This document shows positions 1 to 8,833 of a DNA stretch of 24,000 nt, one piece after another. A program made the position numbers and the translations under genes. Each line of letters opens with the position of its first letter. Position 1 is the stretch's first letter. Below the pieces are notes generated by a model that had not been told where the DNA came from, made no database searches, and worked only from the letters and a program-made list of their open reading frames with translations. The stretch covers positions 102,696 through 126,695 of the forward strand of contig JAJTAZ010000019.1 of assembly GCA_021287185.1 (NCBI GenBank), in the 5' to 3' direction. The DNA is from Burkholderiales bacterium. Lineage in GTDB: Bacteria; Pseudomonadota; Gammaproteobacteria; Burkholderiales; Burkholderiaceae.

Positions 1-928
1 AGAATTTCAATACTTCAACTGTATTTTTCGCATTGTCGGTTTTCTTTGGCATCAAAATAAAGGTCGCACCCGTGATTGGCCATGTTTTCTCACCTGCTTG
101 ATTGTTCAAAGAAATGCCCATACCTGCTGCCTTTGACCAGTCGGCTGTGGCTGCTGCTGAAGCAAATGCTTCTGCCGTTGGCGCAACCACTTTGCCATCC
201 TTGTTTACCAAAGATGCCGCAACCATGCCGTTTTTCTTGGCATACGCATATTCAACATAACCAATTGAACCTGGTAATTGTTTCACGCTGGCCGCAACGC
301 CGTCATTGCCTTTGCCACCGACAGTGCCTTCAACCCACTTAGGCTCTTTACTGGCACCGAGGGCTTTCCAACCTTCATTCACTTGAGCCAAATATTCCGT
401 GAACATAAACGTCGTGCCAGAACCATCTGAGCGGCGTACCACTTTAATTTCAGAGTCGGGTAATTTCACGCCCGCATTCAATTTAGCAATCGCAGGGTCA
501 TTCCATTTTTTGATTTTCATCAAATAAATGTCGCCCAAAACCGCACCGTCCAATGTCAATTTACCCACACCTTCGATGTTATAGACGGGTACAACCCCAC
601 CAATGACTGCGGGAAACTGCACCAAACCAGCCGCATCCAAATCCTCACCTTTCAAAGGCGCATCGGTTGCACCAAAGTCCACAGTTTTTTTCTTAATCGC
701 GTCAATACCCGCTGATGAACCTGTGCCTTGGTAATTAATTGCCACACCTGTCGCGCCTTTGTAATCCGAAGCCCACTTGGTGTACACAGGCGCTGGGAAA
801 GTAGCACCAGAACCATTGATGCCTGCCGACGCTTTCGCACCCGTGGCTTTATCTCCACCACCACACGCCATCAAACTGGCACTCAGTACCACCGCAGTCA
901 AACCTGACAATAAAAATTTCGCTTTCAT
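1..928 (-). CDS. pstS: Phosphate ABC transporter substrate-binding lipoprotein PstS (3' end runs off the window)
   Basis: The minus-strand frame is open from the ATG at 926-928 to the window edge. My translation starts [25 protein letters not shown] (signal peptide plus lipobox). It continues [15 protein letters not shown]...[10 protein letters not shown]...FGATDAPL...[10 protein letters not shown]...[11 protein letters not shown], which is the typical PstS pattern. A Pho box lies upstream. Confidence 0.9.
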   Translation of the reverse strand, partial: MKAKFLLSGLTAVVLSASLMACGGGDKATGAKASAGINGSGATFPAPVYTKWASDYKGATGVAINYQGTGSSAGIDAIKKKTVDFGATDAPLKGEDLDAAGLVQFPAVIGGVVPVYNIEGVGKLTLDGAVLGDIYLMKIKKWNDPAIAKLNAGVKLPDSEIKVVRRSDGSGTTFMFTEYLAQVNEGWKALGASKEPKWVEGTVGGKGNDGVAASVKQLPGSIGYVEYAYAKKNGMVAASLVNKDGKVVAPTAEAFASAAATADWSKAAGMGISLNNQAGEKTWPITGATFILMPKKTDNAKNTVEVLKF

Positions 929-1052
929 CTAATCTCTCCTTAATTCAATCGCAACCCAAACATTTGAATTGCCTAAAATTTGTGCTGATGTGTTTTACAA
1001 TCAGCTCGCTCAGCCAACAACTCTGTAACTGGCGCCACTATAATTGCCTTAT

Positions 1053-1080
1053 GTGACAATTTAATGACACAGACATGACA
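1053..1080 (-). promoter_or_regulatory. Tandem Pho box: three TGTCA(T/C) repeats at exact 11-bp phasing upstream of pstS
   Basis: The minus strand reads caTGTCATgtctgTGTCATtaaatTGTCACataaggcaatTATAGT. The plus-strand hexamers start at 1053, 1064 and 1075. This matches the PhoB consensus CTGTCAT-N4-CTGTCA(C/T). A TATAGT -10 (plus 1037-1042) lies 10 nt downstream of the last repeat. Confidence 0.6.
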
Positions 1081-1089
1081 TGGTCATAA

Positions 1090-1119
1090 TTCACATAAAT
1101 GTGACAAATCAGCGATAAT
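1090..1119 (+). promoter_or_regulatory. Candidate sigma70 promoter for xthA (TTCACA-N18-GATAAT)
   Basis: ttcaca lies at 1090-1095 and gataat at 1114-1119, about 30 nt upstream of the xthA start. This is a hexamer match only. Confidence 0.3.
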
Positions 1120-1150
1120 ATTGACCGTCAGTCTTAACCAAGGAAATCCC

Positions 1151-1930
1151 ATGTCCCTCAAAATTGCCACTTGGAATGTCAACTCACTCAAAGTACGTCT
1201 ATCTCAAGTGCTTGACTACATGCGCGATACCGACACCGACGTTTTGTGTTTACAAGAAATTAAAATGACCGACGATGCATTCCCAATAGACACCATCACC
1301 GAGGCAGGCTTACACGTCAATTTCAGCGGACAAAAAACCTACAACGGCGTGGCCATCATCAGTCGTACCGCGCAAACTGAGGTACAAAAAAACCTGCCCA
1401 ATTTTCAAGATGACCAACAACGCCTAATTGCTGTGACCATCGGCAGTGTGCGCGTCATCAACGTCTATGTGGTCAATGGCCAAGCACCCGACACCGATAA
1501 ATTTACCTATAAAATGAATTGGCTCAAAGCACTGCGCGAATACGTGTCCAATGAAATGCGCTTGCATCAACACGTGGTCTTACTTGGAGACTTCAACATC
1601 GCCCCGACCGATGCAGACGTACACAACCCTGACAAATGGCTCGGTTGCAACCTCGTATCACCTGCTGAACGCCAAGCATTGCAAGAATTAATGGATTTAG
1701 GGCTGAGCGATGCGTTTAGATTGTTTGAGCAACCCGAAAAATCGTTTTCATGGTGGGACTACCGCCAAATGGCTTTTCGACGCAATGCGGGTTTGCGCAT
1801 AGACCTCATATTGTTAAGTCAACCCTTGGCGAGCGCATGTATTGAGTGTGTGATTGACAAAGAACCACGCAAACACGAACAACCGTCCGACCACGCACCT
1901 GTTTCGGTGACGTTGGAGTTGAACACATGA
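1151..1930 (+). CDS. xthA: Exodeoxyribonuclease III (AP endonuclease, EEP family)
   Basis: The translation MSLKIATWNVNSLKVRL...LCLQEIK...GDFNIAP...SWWDYR...RIDLIL...SDHAPV carries the classic Xth/ExoIII motifs. I prefer the ATG at 1151, preceded by aaggaaat, over the TTG at 1121 used in the ORF track. Confidence 0.92.
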   Translation: MSLKIATWNVNSLKVRLSQVLDYMRDTDTDVLCLQEIKMTDDAFPIDTITEAGLHVNFSGQKTYNGVAIISRTAQTEVQKNLPNFQDDQQRLIAVTIGSVRVINVYVVNGQAPDTDKFTYKMNWLKALREYVSNEMRLHQHVVLLGDFNIAPTDADVHNPDKWLGCNLVSPAERQALQELMDLGLSDAFRLFEQPEKSFSWWDYRQMAFRRNAGLRIDLILLSQPLASACIECVIDKEPRKHEQPSDHAPVSVTLELNT

Positions 1931-2439
1931 ACACCACGAACCGTCCTTACAAAGCACGCATTTGGCTCATTATGAGTATATTTTTATTTCTGAGTGCTTG
2001 CGCGACCACACCCAATCGCAACAAACGCCCCAGTAAAACCCCACAAAACGTCAGCGTGGGCTCGGGCCCCAATCGTGCTTTGGCCGTATACGCCATGAAA
2101 TTCCTCGGCACACCTTATAAATACGGCGGCAGTAGCCCAAGCGAGGGATTTGATTGTTCGGGCTTGGTACAATATTCGGCGAAGAAATCACTCAGTCTAA
2201 ATCTACCACGCCGCTCGGCAGATCAAGCCAACTATGGCCAATCAATCAACCTCAGCCAAGCCAAAGCGGGTGATTTGCTGTTTTTCAATACCGATGGTCA
2301 ACCGTATTCGCATGTAGGCATTTATGTGGGACAGACATATTTTATCCACGCACCGAGTTCAAACGGAGAGGTGCGGGTGGAAGATTATTCAAAAACCTAT
2401 TGGACACAGCGATTTTCCAGTGCACGCCGTGTACAATAA
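1927..2439 (+). CDS. NlpC/P60 (C40) family peptidoglycan endopeptidase lipoprotein
   Basis: Lipobox FLSAC. The catalytic Cys context is GFDCSGLVQY, with downstream HVGIY and IHAP histidines. The start overlaps the xthA stop (ATGA at 1927-1930). Confidence 0.88.
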   Translation: MNTTNRPYKARIWLIMSIFLFLSACATTPNRNKRPSKTPQNVSVGSGPNRALAVYAMKFLGTPYKYGGSSPSEGFDCSGLVQYSAKKSLSLNLPRRSADQANYGQSINLSQAKAGDLLFFNTDGQPYSHVGIYVGQTYFIHAPSSNGEVRVEDYSKTYWTQRFSSARRVQ

Positions 2440-2461
2440 AACCACAATCATTGAGGACATT

Positions 2462-2917
2462 ATGAAACCCTTCACCACGCAGAACCTCGTCAAAATCATC
2501 AGCGCATTGGGCATCGGCTTGATGCTGACCGCTTGCGCGACTAACTCACAAAATGTCGCCACCGACGCGCGCGCCAGCCTCGGTAAAATCACTGAAAAAC
2601 AAACCATCCAGCAATACGAGCAACGCCGTACCAGTCCTGTGGATGTCAGCGTGGGTGTCGGCGGTGGCGGTGGCAATATTGGTTGGGGCATTAGTTTTGG
2701 TTTGGCACAAATTCTGATGAACGGCATCAGTTCACCCGAAACCATGTACCGCTATACCGTACAATCGGGTAAAACCGAGAGTTTCGTGATTCAGAGCAGT
2801 GACAATTTTATGGTCAATGACTGCGTCACCGTGTGGCAACGTCCCACTGATGCGACCTACCCACGTTTGAGTTTGAACAGCAACTGTACCTTGCCAGCCA
2901 CTCAGCCTGTCAAATAA
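2462..2917 (+). CDS. Hypothetical lipoprotein (151 aa) with an internal poly-glycine tract
   Basis: The internal ATG at 2462 gives MKPFTTQNLVKIISALGIGLMLTAC, a signal peptide plus lipobox. It has a central VGVGGGGGNIGWGISFG segment and two Cys residues near the C-terminus. I do not recognise a family. Confidence 0.7.
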   Translation: MKPFTTQNLVKIISALGIGLMLTACATNSQNVATDARASLGKITEKQTIQQYEQRRTSPVDVSVGVGGGGGNIGWGISFGLAQILMNGISSPETMYRYTVQSGKTESFVIQSSDNFMVNDCVTVWQRPTDATYPRLSLNSNCTLPATQPVK

Positions 2918-2940
2918 GTCATCCCAATATCCATTCATAT

Positions 2941-2966
2941 AAAAAGGCGGAATATTCCGCCTTTTT
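2941..2966. terminator. Bidirectional Rho-independent terminator
   Basis: aaaaa-GGCGGA-atat-TCCGCC-ttttt. It sits between the convergent lipoprotein gene (+) and the MBL hydrolase gene (-). Confidence 0.8.
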
Positions 2967-3000
2967 AACATTTGCGCCCATTTCGGCAATAAACCATCAA

Positions 3001-3846
3001 TCAAACCTCAAACCAGTCGAACCCCTCATCCTGACACGCCACACAAAATGGTATTTGGTGCGGTGTGAGCAACGCATCCAGCATCCGTGTTACCAAGGCC
3101 ACATCATTGGTTTCTCTGCTTAAATGTGCCGCATGCACCGAACCCAATTTGGCGTGTATGAGTTGCTCAAGTAAGCGGTGCGCATCTTGATTATCCAAAT
3201 GCCCGTGCGCACCCACAATGCGTTGCTTAAGCGTCGGCGGATATTTGCTTGAAGCGGACATTTTTTGCGCATCGTAGTTGTACTCAAGTACCAGCGCGTG
3301 GCAACCTTGCAAAACCTCCACCATCAAAGGCGAAACATGCCCCGCATCGGTCAATATCCCCAAACGCTTTTGGATCACATCAGCATCATTGGTATCGCGC
3401 AATTCAAATACAAATTGCAGTGGCTCACGTGCATCGTGTGGCACAGTGTAAGGATGTATGTGAATGAGCCCAATCTGAATGGGATGATTGTGTGTGCAAA
3501 ACTGCACAGTTAAATTGGCGCATGAGCGTGTGCTGTGATTGAGCACGCTGTTGTAGGTGCCGCGCGACATATATAAAGGCGTACCAAATTTACGCGCAAA
3601 CCGCGCCGCGCCACCGATGTGGTCTTCGTGCTCATGGGTGATGATGAGCGCATCAATGTCCTGCCCCGTCAGACCCAGCCGAGCCAAACGTTTTTCTGTG
3701 TCACGCACACTAAATCCACAGTCCAATAAAAGACGCGTTGTCCGATTCGAACAACGCGCTTGTATGACGGTGGCATTACCCGAACTACCACTGCCTAAAC
3801 TAGCAAAACTCAACTGTGGTAGTTGGCGCAATTGAACAACGCCCAT
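3001..3846 (-). CDS. MBL-fold metallo-hydrolase
   Basis: ITHEHEDHIGG matches the HxHxDH metallo-beta-lactamase motif. An N-terminal LGSGSSGNA is present. The start lies 1 nt from the bamC stop, so the genes are probably co-transcribed. Confidence 0.85.
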   Translation of the reverse strand: MGVVQLRQLPQLSFASLGSGSSGNATVIQARCSNRTTRLLLDCGFSVRDTEKRLARLGLTGQDIDALIITHEHEDHIGGAARFARKFGTPLYMSRGTYNSVLNHSTRSCANLTVQFCTHNHPIQIGLIHIHPYTVPHDAREPLQFVFELRDTNDADVIQKRLGILTDAGHVSPLMVEVLQGCHALVLEYNYDAQKMSASSKYPPTLKQRIVGAHGHLDNQDAHRLLEQLIHAKLGSVHAAHLSRETNDVALVTRMLDALLTPHQIPFCVACQDEGFDWFEV

Positions 3847-3847
3847 A

Positions 3848-4903
3848 TTATTTCAAGTTGGCCTGCAGATTTTTCAATACTTTGTTTAAACCGTCATCTG
3901 CATACGCTTTACCCGATTTGTCCGCAAAACTGACCTTGACTTGATTTGCAGACACTTGCGTGAAACGCACTTGATAGGTTTCATTCAATTTGCCAAAGGA
4001 TTTTTTAAACATGCCTCTGTCATCAGGGTTGGGCGTCACATAGTAAACACGTTGTGAAATATCACGGTCAGTCACTGATAAACCCGCACGGTCTAAAACC
4101 TGACCAACGCGGCGCCATGTATTTTCCATGGTATCGTTGACGAGCAATTCATTGCCTTGAATGCTTGCGCCTTTGAGTACATTGGTCGAAGTTTGCAACG
4201 CTGCCTTGGCATCCGCCTCATTTGTGCCCAATGCAATCATCAAGCGACGCAACATTTCCACTTCGAGTTCTGGATCCACAGCACGTGGTTGCCATGTGGT
4301 CGAATCTTTGCTGGTGGAAGTATAAACCTCTTCCATACCTCGATGACTGATGTAAATTTCCACACCGCCATTGACCTTTTCGACACGTGTGCGGTACATA
4401 TCGCGCAAACCTGTATCGTACACAGCATCCAATGCCTTACCAATTAGTTTGCGCAAACCTGTTTGCGGCAGATTGGCACGGTTTTCCGCCCAATCGGTTT
4501 CCATGATACCTAATTTAGGTTGGTTGGTACGTAGAGTGAAACCATTGTCTTCCCAAAACGTTTGTATTGTGGGCCAAACTTTTTCGGCTGGGCGCTTGAC
4601 CACCAACCAACGTGTGTCACCCGCACGTTCAATGTGCATGTCCTGCGCATCCAAAGCAACAGGGGTTGCATTGGCAGATGTGTTGGCATGTTGCCCAACA
4701 GTTTTCGCACTAACCACACCGCTCAAATCGTATTGGGTGTTTTTGTTGTAATCCGACATGCCTGGAGGCACTTCCAACGGTGAGCCTTTAATGTCGCTGC
4801 GATAATCAATTTTACTGTCTGTTGCAGTCAAACAAGCAGTCAGTGAGAAACTGAGCGCGGTCATTAAAGATACGTTTAATAGTGTTTTTCCGAATGTGTT
4901 CAT
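3848..4903 (-). CDS. bamC: Outer-membrane protein assembly factor BamC (NlpB) lipoprotein
   Basis: Lipobox SLTAC. The size is 351 aa. Position immediately downstream of dapA matches the conserved dapA-nlpB synteny. WAENRANLPQ and FWEDNGF-type segments are typical of BamC. Confidence 0.8.
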   Translation of the reverse strand: MNTFGKTLLNVSLMTALSFSLTACLTATDSKIDYRSDIKGSPLEVPPGMSDYNKNTQYDLSGVVSAKTVGQHANTSANATPVALDAQDMHIERAGDTRWLVVKRPAEKVWPTIQTFWEDNGFTLRTNQPKLGIMETDWAENRANLPQTGLRKLIGKALDAVYDTGLRDMYRTRVEKVNGGVEIYISHRGMEEVYTSTSKDSTTWQPRAVDPELEVEMLRRLMIALGTNEADAKAALQTSTNVLKGASIQGNELLVNDTMENTWRRVGQVLDRAGLSVTDRDISQRVYYVTPNPDDRGMFKKSFGKLNETYQVRFTQVSANQVKVSFADKSGKAYADDGLNKVLKNLQANLK

Positions 4904-4967
4904 CGTTATATGGGTCCTAAAACAGGTGATACCAGATTAAAAATTCAGGGTACTTTAAATCAAAAAC

Positions 4968-5843
4968 TTAAATCAATTGCGCAGATTGCAAGGCTGACTG
5001 AATCACAGCCTGATTGGACTGGGTTAATACAGTCAACGGCGAGCGTATGCCCAAACCAATCCTGCCCATTTTTGCCAACGCCCATTTGACAGGAATTGGA
5101 TTGGCTTCAATAAAGAGTAATTTATTCAAGTCACACAATACCGCATTTAAGCGATGGACGGTGGCCAAATCACCGTTGAGTGCTGCCACACACAAATCAT
5201 GCATCATTTTAGGGGCAATATTGGCGGTGACCGACACATTGCCTTTAGCTCCCATCAAAATCAGTGCAGCGGCAGATGAATCATCACCACTGTACACCGC
5301 AAAATCCGACGGTACTTTTTGAATCAAAGCAATGCCACGACCCACATCACCTGTTGCATCCTTGACCCCCACAATATTGTCCACCGCTGCCAAACGCACA
5401 ACGGTTTCATTTTCCAAGTCGGCAACTGTGCGACCAGGGACATTGTACAAAATAACGGGTAAATCGGCTGCTTCGGCTATGGTTTTAAAATGCTGATACA
5501 AACCTTCTTGAGTGGGTTTATTATAGTAGGGCACGACCTGTAAAGTACCATCGGCACCTACAGAATGTGCATAACGTGTGAATTCAATGGCTTCACGGGT
5601 TGAATTGCTCCCCGCACCCGCGATAATCGGAATGCGACCTGCCGAATGCTCCACCGCAACTTTAATCAATTCGCAGTGCTCATCGACAGACACTGTCGGT
5701 GACTCGCCACTCGTGCCCACGGCAACAATCGCATCGGTTCCTTGCTCAATATGCCAATCAATCAAGGCGCGATAAGCATTAAAATCCACACCACCGTCAT
5801 CTAACATCGGAGTGACCAAAGCCACCAAACTTCCTGTGATCAT
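4968..5843 (-). CDS. dapA: 4-hydroxy-tetrahydrodipicolinate synthase
   Basis: The translation [13 protein letters not shown]...VGTSGESPT...[13 protein letters not shown]...ILYNVPGRT...VGVKDATGD is a canonical DapA sequence. Confidence 0.95.
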   Translation of the reverse strand: MITGSLVALVTPMLDDGGVDFNAYRALIDWHIEQGTDAIVAVGTSGESPTVSVDEHCELIKVAVEHSAGRIPIIAGAGSNSTREAIEFTRYAHSVGADGTLQVVPYYNKPTQEGLYQHFKTIAEAADLPVILYNVPGRTVADLENETVVRLAAVDNIVGVKDATGDVGRGIALIQKVPSDFAVYSGDDSSAAALILMGAKGNVSVTANIAPKMMHDLCVAALNGDLATVHRLNAVLCDLNKLLFIEANPIPVKWALAKMGRIGLGIRSPLTVLTQSNQAVIQSALQSAQLI

Positions 5844-5979
5844 TTTCTTGCCTTAACCTATAAATAACAAGTTGGTATTCTAACCGCAATATCACGACAA
5901 TACCATCGAATTACACCGCTTTTTTCGCAGTATTTTTATAAAACAATTTACAATACCCAATTATTTTTTCAAAAAAGAC

Positions 5980-6009
5980 TTGCCAAGTCTGACAATTGTT
6001 TGCTATAGT
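5980..6009 (+). promoter_or_regulatory. Candidate sigma70 promoter for tRNA-Arg (TTGCCA-N18-TATAGT) with an A/T-rich upstream tract
   Basis: ttgcca lies at 5980-5985 and tatagt at 6004-6009. The tRNA 5' end is 12 nt downstream. ttattttttcaaaaaaga upstream resembles an UP element. Confidence 0.45.
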
Positions 6010-6020
6010 TTCATTTCTCA

Positions 6021-6097
6021 GCGGCCGTAGCTCAGCTGGATAGAGTACTTGGCTACGAACCAAGGGGTCGTGGGTTCGATTCCTGCCGGCCGCGCCA
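6021..6097 (+). tRNA. tRNA-Arg (anticodon ACG)
   Basis: A 77-nt cloverleaf: acceptor gcggccg/cggccgc, anticodon arm cttgg-ctACGaa-ccaag, T-loop ttcgatt and encoded CCA. It is very similar to the E. coli argV-type sequence. Confidence 0.93.
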
Positions 6098-6153
6098 TTA
6101 TTTTTACTACTTTGCAATTCGTACTGCAAAGCGTTTAACTAAAAAGAGTTATT

Positions 6154-6366
6154 ATGCCTTTAATTCGTGTAAAAGAGAACGAACCATTTGAAGTGGCCAT
6201 GCGTCGCTTTAAGCGCGCCATCGAAAAAACAGGTCTGTTGACCGATTTGCGCGCACGTGAATTCTACGAAAAACCAACAACAGAGCGTAAACGCAAACAC
6301 GCTGCTGCTTGCAAACGCCAACACAAACGTCTGCGCAGCCAAATGTTGCCTAAGAAAATGTATTGA
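6154..6366 (+). CDS. rpsU: 30S ribosomal protein S21
   Basis: [29 protein letters not shown]...[14 protein letters not shown] is unmistakably S21 (70 aa). Confidence 0.97.
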   Translation: MPLIRVKENEPFEVAMRRFKRAIEKTGLLTDLRAREFYEKPTTERKRKHAAACKRQHKRLRSQMLPKKMY

Positions 6367-6429
6367 TTTCTATGCGTCACGCCAGTTTTATTGGCCCTCT
6401 GTGAACGCATTAAAAAGCAAAACGTACAG

Positions 6430-6458
6430 ACCCGCTCAGATTGAGCGGGTTTTGTGTT
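6430..6458 (+). terminator. Rho-independent terminator or attenuator between rpsU and the yqeY-like gene
   Basis: The stem CCCGCTCA/TGAGCGGG (6431-6438 and 6442-6449) has a 3-nt loop and is followed by ttttgtgttt. This is analogous to the internal attenuator of the E. coli rpsU-dnaG-rpoD operon. Confidence 0.7.
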
Positions 6459-6501
6459 TGTTTGCGCTATAATTTGACCCAGTCATTAATTAGGAGTTTT
6501 T

Positions 6502-6945
6502 ATGAGTTTGAAAGAAAACCTACAAGCCGACATCATCGCGGCAATGAAAGCGCGTGAGACCAATAAATTAGCGACTTTACGTTTGTTATCCGCCGCCATC
6601 AAACAACGCGAAGTCGACAGTCAAACCACTTTAGACGATGCAGCAGTGATCGCCGTAATCGAAAAAGCCTGCAAACAACGTCGCGAATCAATTGCCCAAT
6701 ACCAACAAGCCAATCGGCTTGATTTGGTCGAAGTTGAACAGTATGAGTTGGACATTATCAGCGCGTATTTGCCTGCACAAATGTCGGACACCGAAATCAA
6801 TCAAGCGGTTGCCGATGCCATTGCACAGACGGGAGCCACGAGTATGCAAGACATGGGTAAAGTTATGGGTGTACTCAAAGGCGCACTGGCGGGCAAAGCC
6901 GATATGTCAAAAGTCTCTACCTTGATTAAAACGCAATTGAGTTAA
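6502..6945 (+). CDS. GatB/YqeY domain-containing protein
   Basis: The translation MSLKENLQADIIAAMKARE...LRLLSAAIKQREVD...MGKVMGVLK is typical of the YqeY family. A strong SD (taggag) is present. The position between rpsU and dnaG matches many proteobacteria. Confidence 0.88.
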   Translation: MSLKENLQADIIAAMKARETNKLATLRLLSAAIKQREVDSQTTLDDAAVIAVIEKACKQRRESIAQYQQANRLDLVEVEQYELDIISAYLPAQMSDTEINQAVADAIAQTGATSMQDMGKVMGVLKGALAGKADMSKVSTLIKTQLS

Positions 6946-6969
6946 GACACTTGAACCGACACTTGAACC
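6946..6969. repeat. Perfect 12-bp tandem duplication (gacacttgaacc x2) in the yqeY-dnaG spacer
   Basis: Read directly from the sequence. Copy 1 is 6946-6957 and copy 2 is 6958-6969. Confidence 0.95.
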
Positions 6970-6975
6970 GAATTC

Positions 6976-8724
6976 ATGATACCTGCTGAGTTTATCAATG
7001 ATGTACTTGCACGCGTTGATATCGTTGACGTGGTGGGGCAATACGTCCAACTCAAACAAGCTGGGATGAATCGACAAGGTCTGTGCCCATTTCACAACGA
7101 AAAATCGCCATCATTTACCGTAAGCCCGACCAAACAGTTTTACCACTGTTTTGGTTGTGGCGCGCATGGCACCGCATTGGGCTTTTTAATGGAGCACAAT
7201 GGCTTGACCTTTATTGAAGCCCTCAAGGATTTGGCGCAACGCGCAGGCATGAAAATGCCTGAAGACAAACCTCTTTCGCGCCAACAGATTGCCGAGCAAA
7301 CCGAACGCAAAATCCGCACGCAAAACATCTCCCAAGCCTTAGACGAAGCGGCAAAATTTTACAAAGCACAATTACCCAAACACCCCGAAGCCGTTGGTTA
7401 TTTGAAACGACGCGGCTTAACGGGTGAAATCGCGCAAAAATTTGGCTTGGGCTACGCACCTGAACACCCAAATCTAAGCAGCGTGTTTACTGATTATGCG
7501 GAGTCCAGCAGTTTAATTGACGCGGGTTTGGTCAAACAACGCGAAGACAGCACTCGACGCTATGATTTTTTTCGTGACCGCGTGATGTTTCCCATCCGCA
7601 ACATCAAAGGGCAAATCATCGGATTTGGCGGGCGGATTTTAGACAAAGGTGAGCCTAAATACTTAAATTCACCCGAAACCCCTGTTTTTCAAAAAAACCA
7701 AGAACTCTATGGTTTGTTTGAGGCACGTGCCAGTATTTCGCATCAAAAATTTGCCTTGGTGGTTGAGGGGTATATGGATGTGGTGGCACTGGCGCAATCG
7801 GACATTCACAACGCCGTGGCAACGCTCGGCACCGCGACCTCAGCCCTACACATCCAAAAACTATTTCGCTTCACCGACACCATCGTCTTTAGTTTTGATG
7901 GCGACTCTGCGGGGCGCAAAGCCGCATGGCGCGCAATGACCAATGCCCTGCCCTACACATCGGACACGCGCACCATTAAATTTTTATTCTTACCTCCCGA
8001 ACATGACCCCGACACTTTTGTGCGTGAATTTGGTACGGATAAATTCAACGCCGAAATCAGCACCGCAATGACCTTGTCGCAATTTTTATTGTATGGTCTC
8101 AAGCAAGCCGCGCCAGAAGCCAATGCTGAAGCACGTGCGCGACAACTGCATTTGGCAAAACCGTTGCTACAAGCCATGCCCAATACGGCTTTGCGTACGC
8201 AAATCATTCAAGCGATTGCTGAACAACTGCGCATTCAGCCGAACGATGTGATTGAATACGCCGAACTATCAACCAACCAACGTCCTGCCAAACGCGGAAT
8301 TGAAAAATCCAAGCGTAGCCAACCACTCACTGCGGTTGAGCAAGCCTTGCGCCTGATATTGGAACATCCAAATATTGCGGTGCACGCCAATCTGAATCTG
8401 TGGACTCAGCAACCTCAGCATCCAGCATTGACGGAACTGATTGTTTTTTTACAGACGCAACCCAAGTTACCCGAAGCTGCATTGCACCACCATTTAGAGC
8501 AACTGAACCACTGGACTTTGTACCAGTATATTTTACAAAAACAAATGCAAACCCCTGAGATAACAGCGGAAGACGCATTGACGACATTGCAAGCCCTTGA
8601 AAAACACCTACATCGTCAACATTTAGACAATAGATTGAATGTATTGGCAAAACAACTGACGCATGACCTGTCGGTTAAAGACGAATACAGTCAATTATTG
8701 CGCGAACGCGCTCAGTTAATATAA
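6976..8724 (+). CDS. dnaG: DNA primase
   Basis: Zinc-ribbon CPFHNEKSPSFTV...YHCFGCGAHG, a TOPRIM region EGYMDVVAL...SFDGDSAG, and the RNA-polymerase domain motif PKYLNSPET. Confidence 0.96.
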   Translation: MIPAEFINDVLARVDIVDVVGQYVQLKQAGMNRQGLCPFHNEKSPSFTVSPTKQFYHCFGCGAHGTALGFLMEHNGLTFIEALKDLAQRAGMKMPEDKPLSRQQIAEQTERKIRTQNISQALDEAAKFYKAQLPKHPEAVGYLKRRGLTGEIAQKFGLGYAPEHPNLSSVFTDYAESSSLIDAGLVKQREDSTRRYDFFRDRVMFPIRNIKGQIIGFGGRILDKGEPKYLNSPETPVFQKNQELYGLFEARASISHQKFALVVEGYMDVVALAQSDIHNAVATLGTATSALHIQKLFRFTDTIVFSFDGDSAGRKAAWRAMTNALPYTSDTRTIKFLFLPPEHDPDTFVREFGTDKFNAEISTAMTLSQFLLYGLKQAAPEANAEARARQLHLAKPLLQAMPNTALRTQIIQAIAEQLRIQPNDVIEYAELSTNQRPAKRGIEKSKRSQPLTAVEQALRLILEHPNIAVHANLNLWTQQPQHPALTELIVFLQTQPKLPEAALHHHLEQLNHWTLYQYILQKQMQTPEITAEDALTTLQALEKHLHRQHLDNRLNVLAKQLTHDLSVKDEYSQLLRERAQLI

Positions 8725-8824
8725 ATTTCCCAGCAAAGCGCGCTTAACAGATTGTTTTTTCAGCGAAAAAACGGTGTTTTATGCCAGTCTTGCATGAGCA
8801 TTGCTTAAAAAAGACGCAACAATA

Positions 8825-8833
8825 TGCTATAAT
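8825..8833 (+). promoter_or_regulatory. Candidate extended -10 element (TGcTATAAT) upstream of rpoD
   Basis: tgctataat is a perfect TATAAT with an upstream TG. I found no good -35 at 17 bp (ttgctt lies 21 bp away). It would give a ~140-nt leader. Confidence 0.35.

Noticed and set aside
5911-6129. 72-aa minus-strand ORF overlapping tRNA-Arg
   Set aside because: It is read straight through the complement of a well-folded tRNA gene and its promoter. This is not a plausible protein gene.
8596-8625. CTTGAAA near the 3' end of dnaG as a sigma32 heat-shock promoter for rpoD (as in E. coli Phs)
   Set aside because: The -35-like heptamer (8596-8602) is not followed by a CCCCAT-like -10 at 13-15 bp spacing; the sequence there is acacctacatcgtcaacattt. 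A single heptamer match inside coding sequence is expected by chance.
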